A DNA stretch of 63,174 bases from a virus. Lineage: Duplodnaviria; Caudoviricetes. Shown here in pieces: positions 44,301 to 53,703 of the stretch. Location: positions 1 to 63,174 of IMG/VR virus record IMGVR_UViG_3300018405_000018. One strand, 5' to 3'. A program made the position numbers and the translations under genes. Numbering within the stretch: position 1 is the stretch's first letter; each line of letters opens with the position of its first letter. The notes under the pieces were generated by a model. That model saw only the letters and a program-made list of their open reading frames with translations, made no database searches and was not told the origin of the DNA.

Positions 44301-44318
44301 GCAATGGCTGATAGCTGA

Positions 44319-44903
44319 TTAAGTACCAGCACCACCTGTAGCAACGCCGGGACCGCGAGCGTAACCGCCAACGAGTTGACGTGCGTGGTCATAGCTCATA
44401 GTGATAGATATTTTCACAGCGTCTGATGTACCATAGTCAAGGTCACCATACTTAACGTTCTCAAGGAAGCAACCTTCCATTGTCCACGATTCAGTCACTT
44501 GATCGTTACCGTCCATCATGTCAATCTTAGCAGCAAACTTGTAGATCGAGCCTTCACCTGCTGCAGCCAACCACTGACCCTCAGCACCGATCAGCCACTG
44601 TTGGTTTTGCAGTTGAGCTTGCAACACTGCTGTTGCTGAGCCAGTAACATCGTCTTCGATCACGATTTCGATAGGATCCCACCTGTGTTTTCCGGCGATA
44701 TATGACACCGAATTGTAACGGTGTAGTTCAACTTTTGCAAACTGAACAGTTGGACGCTGAACTGTTACAGCTTGCATTGAAATCGGCTGGCTGTCTGCTC
44801 CAGCGCCCATGTTCTGGAAAGTTACGCGCCATTTATTGGTCTGTTTCGGTTGCAGAATACCAGTGCCAACGCCTGGGATACCGATATCATTGATTGTTGA
44901 CAT
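44319..44903 (-). CDS. gp19: Tail tube protein
   Basis: Start moved to ATG 44903 (MSTIND). LQPKQTNKWRVTF...RPTV.F...YIAGKHRW.PI....EDD...ESWTMEGCF....YGDLDY......ISITMSYD. Confidence 0.92.
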   Translation of the reverse strand: MSTINDIGIPGVGTGILQPKQTNKWRVTFQNMGAGADSQPISMQAVTVQRPTVQFAKVELHRYNSVSYIAGKHRWDPIEIVIEDDVTGSATAVLQAQLQNQQWLIGAEGQWLAAAGEGSIYKFAAKIDMMDGNDQVTESWTMEGCFLENVKYGDLDYGTSDAVKISITMSYDHARQLVGGYARGPGVATGGAGT

Positions 44904-44941
44904 ATTACACTCCTGTTGGTAACAAAAATCTTGTTCGGAGG

Positions 44942-44948
44942 TATTTAT
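44942..44948 (-). promoter_or_regulatory. T4-type late promoter
   Basis: aATAAATA upstream of 44903. Confidence 0.7.
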
Positions 44949-44991
44949 TCTGCTGACACCAATTTTGCCCAAAAACCGACGGTGCAAAACA

Positions 44992-45017
44992 AGAAAGGCG
45001 GTATATACCGCCTTTCT
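44992..45017 (-). terminator. Terminator after the sheath gene
   Basis: Palindrome AGAAAGGCGGTATATACCGCCTTTCT followed by TGTTTT on the minus strand. Confidence 0.75.
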
Positions 45018-45036
45018 GTTTGATCTAGTCTGATGA

Positions 45037-46776
45037 TTAGATCTGTGCGCCTGTATTCACAACTCTGATCGGGATGTAAATAAATTCCGCGGCTTTGACT
45101 GGTTTCAACGCGACGTCGATGTACAGCTCGTTACGATCAATACGATCAGGCGTGTTGTTCGACTCGTCACAAACGGTAACAAAGTCATACAGTCCGCGCT
45201 TGACGAGCAGGTCACCGAGGAAGCTGTCGACAGTTGCTTTCAGGTTATCGCGCGTCAGTTGGTCGTTTGGTTCAAACACGAACGACATTGTGTTCTTACG
45301 GAGCTGACGCTTGATGTACATCATCAGACGAACAACGTTAACACGATCCAGAGCAGATGCGTCTGGTGCAGATGTCTTCTGACCCCACACGATCAGACCG
45401 CGACCTGGGAAGAACACGATCGGATTGATGTTGGTGAAGTACTTATACAGGTTGTCGCGTTGACCGAGGTTCAGAGCGGTCTCGTTGAACACTGTCGGTG
45501 TGCCAAGAGTGCCAGAGATGTACCCAACTGTTGTCGCACCAGAAACCATGCCACGACGAGTACCTGCTGGTGCAAACCACAGTTCAGACACTTCGTCGCT
45601 GTGTGCGATTGTACGAAGAGCGATACCTGATGCTGCACAAACTACGTTATTACCGTCGAGGTTTGATGCCCAGCCGTGCGGGTAGTAGTAAGCAACGTTG
45701 CGTGATTTAGCGCGCGTCGATGTTTCGCCCCAAGCGACAACTTGATTTGGGTCAAGGTCCATAGGCGTGTCAGCAATGACGATTGCTTCTTCGTTGGTGT
45801 CGATGCACAGGTTAACCATCTCATCAACAACTTCTGGGAAGCCAGGGCACAGAATCAGGTTGAATTCGTAAGTTTCTGAACGGATGTCTGTGTTGCTGTT
45901 GATAGCTTCCTGCAAAGCACGAACAACTTCAACACGGCGCGATGCATCGTTAGCACCAAGGCTAGTAGCATTGAGGAATTCCATTGTGTACTTAACGAGC
46001 TGTGATGCTTCAACAAGATAATCACCAGCTTCTTCAGGCGTCCACTCTGTCGGAATAACAGAGCCCCTTGTGTTCAGTTCCCATTCAGTCAGCATATACT
46101 TAAAGCCGGAGTATGCGTCTGTTGGAGGCTGACTGAAGCCGTTGCCGTAGACATCAAGCGGTGCCGCACTGTGATCAACCATGAATTCGTCTTGTGCACG
46201 ACGGAACGAGTATTGTTCCCACACAGCTGTTGTTGCCTGAACAGTCAGAGCGCTGACTTCACTTTTCGTCAGAGTGCGCTTATAGCTAGAATGAGCAGGA
46301 GTGAAACCGTTTGTCAGGTTGAACGTGTTGATATGAGCGTTAGCGAGGTTTGTCAGCACGTATGATGCTTCTTGCATCTTGACATCCCACATAGAGCGAA
46401 TTGATGCTGGGTTGTCGTCCAAGTTGACGTTGGCACGAACAACGAAAGCACGATTACCAACACCAAGATACTGGTTTAGAGCGAACAGACCATATTCGTT
46501 GCGGACATCACCGTGGTGAGCTGCGCCTGATGTGTCTTGCAGAAAGCGTGGGATGCCGTACAGAGCAACAGATTGCTTCAGTGACGTAACAGTGCGGATA
46601 ACACCGTGCTCAAATGTACCGTTTGCGTCCAACTGTGATGTAGGACCAACAGGAGCTTGCTTCTTCTCGTCAGCGGTAGCGATGAAAATCAGTGGGACAG
46701 TTGCTGCTGCCGCTGGAATGAAAAACGATTCGTCAGTGATTGTGACGGAAACGCCTGGGGAAATTAGACTTGCCAT
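45037..46776 (-). CDS. gp18: Contractile tail sheath protein
   Basis: LISPGVSV.I.DES; WFAPAG.RRG; INPI....G....WGQKT; SALDRVNVVRL; FEPND..TR; CDESNNTPDRIDRNEL. Confidence 0.97.
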   Translation of the reverse strand: MASLISPGVSVTITDESFFIPAAAATVPLIFIATADEKKQAPVGPTSQLDANGTFEHGVIRTVTSLKQSVALYGIPRFLQDTSGAAHHGDVRNEYGLFALNQYLGVGNRAFVVRANVNLDDNPASIRSMWDVKMQEASYVLTNLANAHINTFNLTNGFTPAHSSYKRTLTKSEVSALTVQATTAVWEQYSFRRAQDEFMVDHSAAPLDVYGNGFSQPPTDAYSGFKYMLTEWELNTRGSVIPTEWTPEEAGDYLVEASQLVKYTMEFLNATSLGANDASRRVEVVRALQEAINSNTDIRSETYEFNLILCPGFPEVVDEMVNLCIDTNEEAIVIADTPMDLDPNQVVAWGETSTRAKSRNVAYYYPHGWASNLDGNNVVCAASGIALRTIAHSDEVSELWFAPAGTRRGMVSGATTVGYISGTLGTPTVFNETALNLGQRDNLYKYFTNINPIVFFPGRGLIVWGQKTSAPDASALDRVNVVRLMMYIKRQLRKNTMSFVFEPNDQLTRDNLKATVDSFLGDLLVKRGLYDFVTVCDESNNTPDRIDRNELYIDVALKPVKAAEFIYIPIRVVNTGAQI

Positions 46777-46819
46777 TGTTTTCTCCTTGTGGAAAGTGTT
46801 GCTTATTGTAGCATGATGA

Positions 46820-46826
46820 TATTTAT
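46820..46826 (-). promoter_or_regulatory. T4-type late promoter
   Basis: aATAAATA upstream of 46776. Confidence 0.7.
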
Positions 46827-46876
46827 TGAAACGGCCCTGTTGCTAGTGTAAATATAAATGGACCTGTGGAGAAGAT

Positions 46877-47188
46877 ATGACAAGAGGAATGTTGATCGCC
46901 GTACTCAACCAACGAAAAGTATTTACCGAGACGGGTAAGGTTAGCCCGCGTTACCTTGACATATTGTATGCAAAGCCTGCGTTATTGCAGGAGATTTTGT
47001 TGCATACGCAGTTCCTGAAATACAATGCTCCGATCAAAGCACGGCTGAGGTGCTTGCGAGATGGAATTAGTGAGCAGCCGTTGTGTCAATGCGGAACGGT
47101 TTTGCAGATGAGAGAAACAGGAAGGTTTGCTGGAACATTCCCGTCAAGCTGTTCTAATAAATGTTCAGCAGCAAAGCGGTTTATCTAA
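46877..47188 (+). CDS. Small Cys-rich protein, possibly a homing-endonuclease remnant
   Basis: GGAG SD, near-late promoter TATAAATG at 46853, C.CG...CSNKC zinc motif; opposite strand to its neighbours. Confidence 0.5.
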   Translation: MTRGMLIAVLNQRKVFTETGKVSPRYLDILYAKPALLQEILLHTQFLKYNAPIKARLRCLRDGISEQPLCQCGTVLQMRETGRFAGTFPSSCSNKCSAAKRFI

Positions 47189-47951
47189 TCCCAACATTGG
47201 CACCATTTGCAATCTCTTCATAGTCAATACCAAGATCATCCAATGCGGCAATCACATCTCCACTCTCTCGGATTGCATTATTGACGACACCAAGACGCAT
47301 TCGGATGATCTTGATGAAATCAGCTCGGACATCCGCAGGAGAACCAAGATAAACAGGCATCTCAAACATCACTGTGCTCTGGATGATACGACGGTCGGTA
47401 CCGATGGGATACTGCTGGTCAATGTTAATGCTTGTCAGCTTGACGGTGGTTAAGCGTGTCCAGTCAAACGGTGCATCACTGATCTGAATGACCAACTGTG
47501 GATCGAACAACATTAGAATCTGCTCCATGATCTGAAAATGTTGGTCAGTGTTGCTTGCGTAGATCCCAAGCTGGACGGTCATCCTGTATGGAACGGGAGC
47601 GCGTTGATGAACGACCTTGACATCATCAGGCAGTAGCCCACCCGTTGGAACATAGCTGTTCCTCCGTTCAACACCAATACCATGCATCAAATCGGGTGCT
47701 ATGTCAAGGTTCTGCATGTATGCAGTCATCATCGGCAAGCGAATCGGCTTGTTTTGTGTGTTGTCCGCCATCAATGCAGCGACAACACGATCGTGGTTGC
47801 CGTAGTGGATTGTTACAGGAATCAACGACTCTTGTCCTGTCTGCTCGTTGCGACCGATCTGAACTTGTAGACCACTGAAGATCGTCATAAACTGAATGAT
47901 GTAACGCTTCAGTTGGTCATTGTACCAATACGCTTGTTTTGGGATTGCCAT
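47181..47951 (-). CDS. gp15: Tail sheath stabiliser / tail terminator
   Basis: YWYNDQLKRYIIQF..IFS.LQV; PVPY.MT.QL.IYASNTDQ..QIMEQIL.LFDP. Confidence 0.9.
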   Translation of the reverse strand: MAIPKQAYWYNDQLKRYIIQFMTIFSGLQVQIGRNEQTGQESLIPVTIHYGNHDRVVAALMADNTQNKPIRLPMMTAYMQNLDIAPDLMHGIGVERRNSYVPTGGLLPDDVKVVHQRAPVPYRMTVQLGIYASNTDQHFQIMEQILMLFDPQLVIQISDAPFDWTRLTTVKLTSINIDQQYPIGTDRRIIQSTVMFEMPVYLGSPADVRADFIKIIRMRLGVVNNAIRESGDVIAALDDLGIDYEEIANGANVGIR

Positions 47952-47962
47952 TGTCTGTCCTC

Positions 47963-49516
47963 TTATTTGATGTCATCAACACCAGTTCTGTTTGGTGCTA
48001 TCAGGTATTCATTCAGAAGAGCCTTCTGGTTGTTGTATTGCTGACGACGGTCTGTCTCGAGGTAAATCCATCGTGTTTTCTTCTCTGACCAGCGATATAA
48101 CCGAGCTGGAACGTTCTTTGCTAGACCAACGTACGTCAGACGGTGGAAATCGCCATCTTTTGGATTTTCAGGATACTCTGGCCCTTCTGTGAACGGAGCG
48201 TTGTTAGACGGCAGTGCATCCTCAACGAACAACCCTCTCGGATTGAAACCAAACTTGTTGATGTGTGGCGCGCCAGCTTCTGCAGCAGTTCTCAGTTCTT
48301 CTTGCGAAAACTCACGGATTGTGTTTGAGCCCTCAGAACCACGCGCTGGCACACCTTCCAATGCTGTTTGTGCAATCTGCTCGTTCACCCCTGTGAAGTC
48401 TTGCCACATTGGGTGGTCGCCTTCGTCTTGATCGAACAGACCAGACGAATCAATCGCTTTAGCCAACTTCCCAAAGATGTCTTGCGTCTCTTGAGAAGCA
48501 AGCGCTGGTTGAGCGGTGACAAGCAGCATTAGCGGTTGCCATGTCGGTGTATATGAATCAGCATCCCATGTGACATCTGTCACCTCAAGATATCGTTTCA
48601 TGGCCCTTAGGTCAGGTGTGTATTGTGTTTCGCTTGGCAACTCTATGATGTCACCGATCACAACAGGCCGTCCAAGTTGTGCAACGATAGAGTTGAAATT
48701 CAACTTGATATTGTATGTTGCTGACGGAATCTCAATGCCAAATCGCGTCAATTCTGTTTGCGGGCTAATCAGGTTGTAAAACCCTTTAACCAGTACAGGA
48801 TCCTGCGCGTAGTCTCGATCGCGGTTTTCCACGAAGATTTTGTCTTGGATGTTGTTAAGAGCAGTTGCTGAGAAATCGTGCATTTCGAATGCCTGAACAC
48901 CCCAGCTGTCGCACTCATCACCTGTAAAATCAAGAGGACGGAGTCGCCAGTATCTGTTGATTACGGAGTGCTTGATGTGAATCGTGTTCAGATTATCATT
49001 GTTTGGCAGATTGACGATTGCCACACCAAACCACTGCGATCCGTTTTGTGACCGCTCAACTCGCGCCTTCGTTACACGCATGTTTGGATTAGCACTCTGT
49101 TTGATCTTGATTGTAGTGATCATGTGGCGAACGTGAGCGTCAATGCCGTACCGCTGACGGCCTGTTTGAATTCGTAGGATGCCGAAGTCATAACCAAGAT
49201 ATGCAGATGCTACGATTGCTGCTTCACCCGTCTGTTTTGATCTCCACTCCGTTCTTGTTTTTTGAAACGCGTACTTAGCGAGATACTTTGGAGCATCACC
49301 ACCTGATATTGGAGAGCCGTTTTTTGCCAAGTCAATCAAATCGGTTTGCTCGTGAACACCAAGCAGTTTATAGATGTTCACTTGAGCACCTGCAATCGCC
49401 AATGCTTCTTGGCTCTGTTGGTCCATAAAGCACGTGTCTATGCTCTGGGTCATATCCCAGGGCTTGCACGGCGTAAATTGTGATGCAGGTGGGCAGCAAT
49501 CTTTTCTGTTTTTCAT
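47963..49516 (-). CDS. gp14: Neck protein gp14-like with inserted discoidin (F5/8-type C)-like domain
   Basis: IQDKIFVENRDRDY, LTRFGI, LGRPVVIGDIIELP motifs. Insert W.S...YLGYDFG...VERSQNGSQW...RYWRL. Lies between gp13 and gp15. Confidence 0.8.
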   Translation of the reverse strand: MKNRKDCCPPASQFTPCKPWDMTQSIDTCFMDQQSQEALAIAGAQVNIYKLLGVHEQTDLIDLAKNGSPISGGDAPKYLAKYAFQKTRTEWRSKQTGEAAIVASAYLGYDFGILRIQTGRQRYGIDAHVRHMITTIKIKQSANPNMRVTKARVERSQNGSQWFGVAIVNLPNNDNLNTIHIKHSVINRYWRLRPLDFTGDECDSWGVQAFEMHDFSATALNNIQDKIFVENRDRDYAQDPVLVKGFYNLISPQTELTRFGIEIPSATYNIKLNFNSIVAQLGRPVVIGDIIELPSETQYTPDLRAMKRYLEVTDVTWDADSYTPTWQPLMLLVTAQPALASQETQDIFGKLAKAIDSSGLFDQDEGDHPMWQDFTGVNEQIAQTALEGVPARGSEGSNTIREFSQEELRTAAEAGAPHINKFGFNPRGLFVEDALPSNNAPFTEGPEYPENPKDGDFHRLTYVGLAKNVPARLYRWSEKKTRWIYLETDRRQQYNNQKALLNEYLIAPNRTGVDDIK

Positions 49517-49519
49517 ATC

Positions 49520-52477
49520 TTATCCAAATATGATCGTAGAGTTCAGGCCCCAGTCTTCTGGTGTATCCGTGACAAAGTCAAAGATACTACCCATGCACTG
49601 GTCCTTGTCCTGCTGTGCTTGCGCGCGCAAATCGTTTGCGTTCAACGAGACACCACCACCTGCTCCTGGTAATGTCACATACTTACCACGAGTGTTAGCA
49701 AGGATTAGCATCGCTTCTGCTGTTGCCCATTTTCTGATCCACGGGCCAGTAATACGGTCAGACATTAGTTCTTGTTCAGTTCGTTCAACCGCAGCATCAA
49801 TCAAACACAAGCGCTCTGCAAACGGGAATCTGTGGTGGATCCACAATTCACGCGTTTGCTCATTCCAATTGTACGTGATACGGCCAGCAAACAGGATCTC
49901 GAGGTTCTTTGTGTATTCTGTCATAATGTGATATGACAGCAAGTCAAACGTCCCCATGTTGTACAAGTGTTGGAGAACAATTTGTCCGTATACGCCTGCC
50001 CCGTGTGCTGACGATAGAAATGCTGATGTTAATCTATGAACTCCAAGAACATTAACGATCTTGTTCATTCCTGATATTTTGTTGGTCAGCAAATATTTCT
50101 GTGTGTTACCGTGAACTTGCAAAAAGAAGAACCCTCTTTTGTACGCTATCGAAGAGTTTGCTCTTAGTGTACTGATTGCACGATCAATTGCAAAATCAAG
50201 CTGCTCAGGTTGCAGTTCTACATCAACTGTTGGATATCCGAGCGCATAGCGAATGCCGTTTTGCATTGCTAGTCGTTCATCGTGTGTCCCATCAGTTCCA
50301 ATCCCCACTTCATTGTATAGCGGTTCTGACGATACACCGTCTGTTCCCGGCTCTGGGTTATCAATGCGGAATTGGTGTGTTAGCGCATCAAACAAGTCAA
50401 TGTTTTCAATGCTAGCCCATGACAAAGACCCTGGTGTTGTGTCTGTGAAGATGAAGTTGCCGTTGCAGTTGAATTCAACTTTCAACAATGGTTTACCGAA
50501 CACCCATTCATGGCCATTCCACGTCATCAGTTTGTTGGATGTTGTGTCAAACCACATTGCTGATTTTGCTGGTGTTAGCGGTTTTATAGAATATGTGATT
50601 GACACCCAAGCAGCGCCGTTCCACATTTGCAGCGCTTGGGATGTAGGGTTGTACCACATCGTTCCCGCAGCAAGGTTATTCGGATCGGTCTCAGCAAAGG
50701 TAACGTCAATCGGATCCCACCCTGCTGACGTTTTAACAAACCACAGATCGTTTGTTGTATCATGCCAAACGTATCCGTCAGGAATAGTCGTCCTCGGATC
50801 CGTTACAAACATCAAAAACGGAGTTGATATAAAGCAGTTATTCTGCCAATAGTGCAATTTGTTTGTTGACGGATTGTACCACAGTTCGCCTTCTTCAAAT
50901 GCTGGTGGGTCTGTAGGGTCTGTTGGCTGTTGATAAAAATCAACAACGGTTACCCAAACGCTGTTGACACCGTCCCACACCTTGATGGTGTCTGTTGTTG
51001 TATCCCACCAGTTAGAGCAGTATTCAACGACCGTTGGGTCGCTTTCAAACACGATCAGATCAACTGTCGTCCATGCTGTGTCAGCAACGTTGCGTTGTTT
51101 TAACACCATCGTCGACGGATTGTACCACAGTGTTCCTGCTACTACCGTCAGTGTAGGCTCTGTTTCAGCAATCCTTGCTGTTGAAAGTTCATTCCATCCG
51201 ATACCAGGTGTGTTATAAGCAAATAGTTTATTGATTGTCGTGTTGAACCAATACGTACCATCAGACAGTTGGTTTGGTGCTTGTGAATACTGAACAGCGT
51301 TAGCGGAGACCCACATTTCGCGCTTGTCATCCCACGATGATAACTCAAACGTTTGTGTGTTATACCAAAACGATCCGCATGGTGCTGGACGATATAGTGA
51401 CGGATCCGTTGTTCCTATATGCGTCGTGTGTTGACACCACGCGTTCCCCGACCACGTGTGTCCAACAGTGCTGTTAAACCAATATACACCTTCACACTCA
51501 GGAACTGATGGGTTCGTGTGGTAGTTGATCACAGGGGTTGTCAGCCATCCAGCACCATTCCAGCGTTTTAAAACGTTGGCTGCTGTGTCGTACCAGAATG
51601 ATCCATTAACCACACCGTTTGGTGCTGACGTCTGGACGATTACATTTACATCAGTATGGCTATGTCCATCCCACACTTGCAACCTGTTGGTTTTGCGATC
51701 AAAGTAGTAGCCACCGGTATTTGGAGGGGTAGGGCCTTGAGGAGGGTCGTCAACAAGCTGTAACTGAATGTTGATTGCGTCCAGCAGGTCGTCGTATGTT
51801 TGTGCTTGCGCACCCTCAACTTCTATCGTGTATGAAAACGGTGTTGGCACACATTCTTGTGAACCAACAGGACGTTGAGGTCTAGGTACTAACCCCCTGC
51901 GGATCTTGAACGAGTATGTTGTTGCCGCATCAAGGCCTGTCGCATCTGTTGGTTCAATCCCACCCTCACGACTTGTATCCGGCGCAAAAACAACAACTTG
52001 TGTACCGTTCGTCGGTTGTGTACCATCTTGTTTGTAGTCTAGCGAGTAGGCATGAACGCCTTCTTTGTAATATCTATGTTGACAGTCAACAGGAAAGCCA
52101 GAAACAAAATACGCTGTATTCTCTTGCAGACCGGAAACATCAAGGAATGTGGAGTGTCTATCCTCGTAGAACGCTCCCACAACCTTAGAAGTTCCAATCA
52201 TATCGCCAGCGAAAAGGTTACTGTCACCCGTAGGATCGCTGCTGTATACGGTACCGCTTACAGGCAGTTTAGTGCTGTTGTTGCTTGTTGTATCCAGGGT
52301 GATCACGATTCCGCAATATGCTTGCGTTTCTGCTGTGCACCCAGCCGCCGGACGAGGAATATTCCACGACACGCGAGCGGTATCTGGTCCTGTTCTGTCA
52401 AATTTTAGCGTGATCCCCATTGCCTCTGTGCGAAGGGCACCTGGCGCATCATTCCTGATATCTAGCAGTGACGTCAT
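49520..52477 (-). CDS. gp13: Neck protein gp13-like with ~730-aa N-terminal extension containing 11 W-rich repeats
   Basis: C-terminal ~250 aa IRYALGYPTVDVEL...WIRKWATAEAM..LANTRGKY..LPGAGGGVSLN is gp13-like. Repeats are P..P..G..W[YF][ND]....L..W.G..W. Confidence 0.85.
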   Translation of the reverse strand: MTSLLDIRNDAPGALRTEAMGITLKFDRTGPDTARVSWNIPRPAAGCTAETQAYCGIVITLDTTSNNSTKLPVSGTVYSSDPTGDSNLFAGDMIGTSKVVGAFYEDRHSTFLDVSGLQENTAYFVSGFPVDCQHRYYKEGVHAYSLDYKQDGTQPTNGTQVVVFAPDTSREGGIEPTDATGLDAATTYSFKIRRGLVPRPQRPVGSQECVPTPFSYTIEVEGAQAQTYDDLLDAINIQLQLVDDPPQGPTPPNTGGYYFDRKTNRLQVWDGHSHTDVNVIVQTSAPNGVVNGSFWYDTAANVLKRWNGAGWLTTPVINYHTNPSVPECEGVYWFNSTVGHTWSGNAWCQHTTHIGTTDPSLYRPAPCGSFWYNTQTFELSSWDDKREMWVSANAVQYSQAPNQLSDGTYWFNTTINKLFAYNTPGIGWNELSTARIAETEPTLTVVAGTLWYNPSTMVLKQRNVADTAWTTVDLIVFESDPTVVEYCSNWWDTTTDTIKVWDGVNSVWVTVVDFYQQPTDPTDPPAFEEGELWYNPSTNKLHYWQNNCFISTPFLMFVTDPRTTIPDGYVWHDTTNDLWFVKTSAGWDPIDVTFAETDPNNLAAGTMWYNPTSQALQMWNGAAWVSITYSIKPLTPAKSAMWFDTTSNKLMTWNGHEWVFGKPLLKVEFNCNGNFIFTDTTPGSLSWASIENIDLFDALTHQFRIDNPEPGTDGVSSEPLYNEVGIGTDGTHDERLAMQNGIRYALGYPTVDVELQPEQLDFAIDRAISTLRANSSIAYKRGFFFLQVHGNTQKYLLTNKISGMNKIVNVLGVHRLTSAFLSSAHGAGVYGQIVLQHLYNMGTFDLLSYHIMTEYTKNLEILFAGRITYNWNEQTRELWIHHRFPFAERLCLIDAAVERTEQELMSDRITGPWIRKWATAEAMLILANTRGKYVTLPGAGGGVSLNANDLRAQAQQDKDQCMGSIFDFVTDTPEDWGLNSTIIFG

Positions 52478-52503
52478 TGATAACTCCGGTCATTATTGGA
52501 GTG

Positions 52504-52510
52504 TATTTAT
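52504..52510 (-). promoter_or_regulatory. T4-type late promoter
   Basis: cATAAATA upstream of 52477. Confidence 0.7.
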
Positions 52511-52518
52511 GACGCAGC

Positions 52519-52546
52519 AAAAAGAAAAAGGCTCTTGCGAGCCTTT
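52519..52546 (-). terminator. Rho-independent terminator
   Basis: AAAGGCTC-gcaa-GAGCCTTT then TTCTTTTT on the minus strand; GNRA loop. Confidence 0.8.
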
Positions 52547-52547
52547 G

Positions 52548-52730
52548 TTAGTTGCCGAGGAGGTCGTCGACTGTCATCTCGGATAGTGGACGACAATCTG
52601 TCAGTCCTACTGCGTATGCAAACTGGTTAATTGGTTCCAAAACGCGGATGGCGAAGCCACAAGCATCCTCAAAGGGAGTACCGTGCTGCGAAGAGAGAAA
52701 GTTGTACAGTTGAGCCCACATAATGTTCAC
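52548..52730 (-). CDS. Small hypothetical protein (57-60 aa) under a sigma70-type promoter
   Basis: ORF fills the space between promoter and terminator; weak SD; alternative ATG at 52721. Confidence 0.4.
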   Translation of the reverse strand: MNIMWAQLYNFLSSQHGTPFEDACGFAIRVLEPINQFAYAVGLTDCRPLSEMTVDDLLGN

Positions 52731-52754
52731 CAGGAATCAGTTGTTGATGTGCCC

Positions 52755-52783
52755 AGTATACCATAGTTAGGGTCAAAAGTCAA
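52755..52783 (-). promoter_or_regulatory. Strong sigma70-type promoter
   Basis: TTGACT-17 nt-TATACT with an extended -10 TG. Confidence 0.75.
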
Positions 52784-52790
52784 CAGTTAT

Positions 52791-53336
52791 TTACGCAGGG
52801 GCGAAACCTCGAGTTTGCGGTTGTGTGGGTGCCTGTTGCTGAAGTGCACGGTCAACAGCCATACGAACGCGTCCAACGGCGTCAAGGATCGTCTTCGCAG
52901 CCTGCTTATCACCAGTCTCATTGTACTGGGCGATTGCTGCCGCTAACACTTGCTTCTTCTGCTGATTCTTCTCTTGACCGATCTGGCTAACCTTAGCAAC
53001 GGCATCTAGGTGCGTCATTTGACCATTACGGACTGTCACAGCTGCAAAAAACCTACGCGAGCCGTCAGACACTTTAGGCTGCGCTGCTAACAGTTCTACG
53101 CCTGCGATGAATGCAGCCAGTGTATCATGGCGACCGTAAGCAAGGTTTGTATTGACAGGCTTGCCGCTTTGCACGCTCATAGCGATGTTTGCAAGAGCGT
53201 GTGTAATACTCTCGTTCACAGTTTGCACGCTCTCTTTCAGTGCAGCTGCCACGTCAACAATGTTGGTAGCATATGTTTCAGTGGATTGAGTGGCTACCAC
53301 GTCACGTGTGTGAGCTTCTTTGATTAGTTTCAGCAT
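52791..53336 (-). CDS. Hypothetical helical protein, possible head protein
   Basis: Start moved to ATG 53336 (MLKLIKEA), just after the upstream stop; contains IKE and LKE protease-type sites. Confidence 0.6.
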   Translation of the reverse strand: MLKLIKEAHTRDVVATQSTETYATNIVDVAAALKESVQTVNESITHALANIAMSVQSGKPVNTNLAYGRHDTLAAFIAGVELLAAQPKVSDGSRRFFAAVTVRNGQMTHLDAVAKVSQIGQEKNQQKKQVLAAAIAQYNETGDKQAAKTILDAVGRVRMAVDRALQQQAPTQPQTRGFAPA

Positions 53337-53337
53337 G

Positions 53338-53664
53338 TTAGACACCTTTCGTGTGGCGACGGAGCCACTTTTGCATTTTTTCGTTAGACCAGAATGTTTG
53401 GTGTCGTTCATCACTATCGACGCTATCGACACCCTCTAAACGAATTGATTGTGGGGTGGGGTCTGTCATGCTGTCATACCGCCACTCAACAATAATCTTT
53501 TGTCGTGGCTTTAAGCTGACGGTCACTTTGTCTTCTTCGTACTCACCAAGAGGCAGCGTGCAATAGTGGACAATGGTATATTCGTTCTCAGCAATAGGAA
53601 CATTCTCAACTGCTTTTAGCAGCTGTTCTTTGCTTTCCAGATACTGTTTGAATGTTAGTTTCAT
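53338..53664 (-). CDS. Hypothetical protein with capsid-targeting-like N-terminus
   Basis: MKLTFKQYLE; has its own late promoter. Confidence 0.7.
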   Translation of the reverse strand: MKLTFKQYLESKEQLLKAVENVPIAENEYTIVHYCTLPLGEYEEDKVTVSLKPRQKIIVEWRYDSMTDPTPQSIRLEGVDSVDSDERHQTFWSNEKMQKWLRRHTKGV

Positions 53665-53696
53665 AACGCTTGTAAACTATCTAATGGATGTGTTAA

Positions 53697-53703
53697 TATT
53701 TAT
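53697..53703 (-). promoter_or_regulatory. T4-type late promoter
   Basis: cATAAATA upstream of 53664. Confidence 0.7.
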
